This document shows, piece by piece, positions 60,724 through 64,000 of a stretch of DNA of 64,000 nt (its first letter is position 1; the number at the start of each line of letters is the position of its first letter). The notes beneath the pieces were generated by a model. The model saw only the letters and a list, made by a program, of their open reading frames with translations. It did not search any database and was not told where the DNA came from. This stretch comes from Neodothiora populina (Eukaryota). The translations under genes and the position numbers were made by a program. Where the stretch lies: positions 1,798,001-1,862,000 of the forward strand of contig NW_027191405.1 in assembly GCF_041146345.1 (NCBI RefSeq), read 5' to 3'.

Positions 60724-61956
60724 TCAAACAATGTCCTCTTCGTCCAAGACGACCCCGTTCCTCCGCGCCAGATACACCCTTCCAGTCTCATAGGTGCCAA
60801 GATACAACCCACTTCCGACCATCGTCCACACGGCTCTGAGCGCGCCTCCACGGAAGAGCCCTTTCGTGCCCTGATCACGCATGATCTCTTTGGCAATCGC
60901 CCAGCTGCCTTGTCGCTGCTGCGAAGACTTCGAGGCATTCTCTACGGCGTTCTGCAGGCCTTCTTTGCCCGCTTGAGCGCTCTTGCCCATGGCGTCGACG
61001 ATCCCTGAGGATGAAGTGCCTTTGCTCAACGATGATGATGATGACATTACGTTGCTGCTGGTAGTAGTAGTCTGATCCTTGGGCGAGCTGTCCGCTGCGC
61101 CGAGCATTATGCGCGTCTTGATCACGTCGACTGGCGTCGTGATGACAGCCGCCACACTGCCCGCCGACCCGGCACTGATGGCCGTGATGAAGCCGCCCTC
61201 GAACGTCGTGTTAGTCCTCGTGCCCTTGTCGTCTCTATGCTGCTTGATGGCCTCCTTCAAGCGCTCGAACATGGGAAACTGCAGGGCTGTGAAGGGTAGG
61301 TTGCGGCCCGCCAGCGCTGTATATCCTCGCCAGAGCGCTAGTGGGTTAGACTTGAACTTGGCCAGGGTCTGCAAGGTCGCGTTGCCGTTGGTCGATTTGC
61401 TGGAGTCGACCATTTGCGCATTTTGCTTGATCACTTCGGCCGGGGTAAGGATGGCACATGATACGAGCTCTGCGATTGACGACGACGCCGAGTGGATGAA
61501 TGGCTGTGGTAGGAGATGGGTAGAGCCGGACAGGACCGGGTTGTGTTTGGTCAGTGCCGACTTGATGCCCTCGTACGTCGTGAAGAACGCTCCTGCTGGA
61601 CAAGGTCAGTGTCTCATAGCATCTCGGCATTGGGCTTACATGATGCTCACAAGATGGTAGTGTGGCAATAATCACACTGCCTACACCTTGGTATAAACCA
61701 CGGAACAAAGCCCGCTTGTTCACGGCATTGGTCGATGTGTCTACAAAGAGACGTGCATAATCAGGCGACTGCCAGCGAGTCTTGAGTGTGTCCAAAGGAT
61801 AAACAAGTAAATCTACTGTGAAAGCTGCTGCTGCTCCAGCCTGGTGAAGTGTATACGAGTAAGCAGATAGCCCCAATTGGATGGCTTTAGGGGAGCACCA
61901 AAGGGAGAGCGGGGCAATCTTACAATCCAGATATCCCATCCGGTGTTCCCTGACAT
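60724..61956 (-). CDS. Mitochondrial carrier, S-adenosylmethionine transporter PET8/SAM5-like
   Basis: Three PxD/ExxK repeats (YPLDTLKTRWQ, TPAEVIKQNAQ, TPVDVIKTRIM), RNLPFTALQFPMFE; two introns. Confidence 0.88.
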
Positions 61957-62747
61957 TTGGGCTAGGTCAACAACAAAGCGAAGGTTACAATTGTTTCGTA
62001 CACAACACTTATTCTGTAGAATGTATTTGTGTCTTAGGTACTTAGGTTTATAACATCTGTGGATCATGCATGTCGTCATGTCCCGGCCATGACTCGTGCT
62101 GCAGACTACATCGTGTGGGGAGCTTTTTGAACGTCTATATCACTACATCACTCAGACCTCTTGCGACACTTATTCGTTCTCTTATTATTGTATATCTCTC
62201 GCTCCATCGATGCTAGTAGCAATATTGCGAAGCGTATGAGGAGACTTGAGTGAATGTACGGAGATCTGGCTTTGTCAAGCTTAGAATCTCTTGGTCAACT
62301 TCAACCTTTCATCGATTTTGAATAGACTCGACCAAAATTGTGAACATGACAGTGGAGATATGCCTTTGTGATGCCAAACTGTCTAGGCCGTACAATGGCT
62401 CCGTTTCTTGGACATAGCACACCAAAGTAGCTTTCTGTAGTAGGTTAATGAGGTGCTTGAAAACTGGTGCAAGTAGATCCTCGGCGACGCTGCACTGAAG
62501 GACGTTACTGCCTGATCGAGATACAGTTTGTTTCACGCGCCTTCCAATTGTTGGTTACCTTTCCTTTGCTCTCTCGTGCTCCATTCTGCTTATGTGCCTG
62601 CACCTACACACCTGTATCTCTGATTTTGTTGTCTGACTTCTTGCGCCATCGCCTTCTCACTTATTCACCTTCTTTCACTTGTTCCCTCGCCACCTTCAGT
62701 CACGTCACTCCAAATTCTATCGTATCATCCCGCAGTATAAGGTGACC

Positions 62748-64000
62748 ATGAGTGCGGCACGCCCCAGCTCTGGACCCCTCACGTTCTTTGAACGCATGAA
62801 CTCGCTCAAGGGTTCTGAGGGAAATGTCTCTGCTGGAAACACGATTGCTAGCCACGTTGCCCAGGAGAATGCTGAGCACGATACGCGTATTCTCAAACAG
62901 CTCTGGGAGCCGGCACAACAGCCTTCGCCGACTACTCCGAGGACCCTTCCCGGCTCAAGTGACGAGTCCGACAAGGCAGGCTCTTTGGCACAGAGTCTGC
63001 ACTCGCCTCGGCCTGTTCGCTCACAGCATGACTCTGATCCTGAGACTCTGGCTCAACCGATGAATGCCCACGAAGCCCCCTCGAAGCCTGAGGCTCAGCA
63101 GTGGACTTTCGCTTATCCTCGCAGCGATGTAAGATGTGGCGTATGACATCCGTGACGATTCTGTCTGACTTATTGTAGGAGAAAGAAAATACTGCACCTA
63201 CGTCTGCAACCAGCATGAGCAGTCATGATCTCGGCGCACTAAAGTCAAAGACTCCAGCTGAACCGGCCATGTCTCCTAAGGCTCTTTCCGGACCTCATCG
63301 CAGATTTGCCGCTCAGGTCATCAGCAAGAGAGTAGAGAACGCTGCTAAGCCGCCCAGTCCGGCCACTCGGGATGTAGTCACCATCACCAGTCCTGCAGTG
63401 ACCGAGTTACCCGGAGCAAACGTGGAGGAGTCAAGTTCTCCTCAAATCAGTCCTCCCCAATTCAACCCCCTGGCCGCTTTCAAACCACGTTTCGATTCCG
63501 ACGACGAAAGTAGTAGGGGCCAGCCTTCCGTGGTCCAGGCTAGCGCCAGCGTATCCACAAACCGGGATGAGATGGATCGAACCATGGAAGATAGTAGCGT
63601 AAGCCCAAATTTGACTGACTCGTTCACGGCTCACGGTGATCAGACCGTTGCCGCAGATCTAGCTGCCGCGTACAGCAGGCTGTCTTTCACGTCAAACCAG
63701 AGCAGTTGCGAGAAATCTACTAAAATCCACTCAGACTACTCCGCAGGAATCCGTCAAACAAGCCCAGAAATGCTCGGTCCGGGAGCTTCATGACCTTGTC
63801 AAGACTACGACTGAGCCGCACGACCTCAATATTCTTCAGGTCATCAATTTCGAGGAGCGGTTCGAAGACATGGACTGGCGTCTCAAGCAGCTGGAAAAGG
63901 TTTCAAACATTGGTGGAAATGGTGGGGTCGACTTTCCGGTGAACATTCGATTCCGTCAGTGTCATCTGTCTTCTCTGATACATGACTAAACTGACAAAAA
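62748..64000 (+). CDS. Hypothetical multi-exon protein, 5' part; probably continues beyond the window
   Basis: ATG 62748, Ser/Pro-rich exons separated by GTAAGA..CTGAC..TAG and GTAAGC..CAG introns; a later exon reads ESVKQAQKCSVRELHDLVK...FEDMDWRLKQLEK. Confidence 0.55.

Overview
Eukaryotic genomic DNA from a filamentous ascomycete (Pezizomycotina, judged from short GT-AG introns with CTRAC branch points and the gene families; a Dothideomycete origin is only a guess). About 22 intron-containing or single-exon protein genes can be read: PMC1-type Ca2+-ATPase (3' part), a Cys/His-containing hypothetical protein, a class I terpene cyclase divergent from an aldo-keto reductase, Vps37-like, FAD oxidoreductase, RPL6, RPN13, an IFI27-like protein, a sterol desaturase-like protein, an alpha/beta-hydrolase, a Cys-rich single-pass membrane protein, PhoD-like phosphatase, WHI2, a MATA_HMG transcription factor, PSF1, a Vsb1-like SulP/STAS transporter, a Meu6-like PH protein, a UBTD-like protein, a LYR protein, a PET8-like carrier and a 5' partial gene. 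The most notable element is invisible to the ORF track. At 38.3-39.6 kb a non-coding host gene carries five intron-encoded box C/D snoRNAs (U45-like, snR41, snR70, snR51-like, U55-like/5.8S). Three of its introns abut directly at AG|GT junctions with zero-length exons, which implies recursive or stepwise splicing. A second highlight is the AUG-free WHI2 leader, where two overlapping open frames meet at C CCT TTG (a possible non-AUG start plus -1 frameshift, or an assembly indel). All rRNA target positions and family assignments are from recalled knowledge, not from searches.
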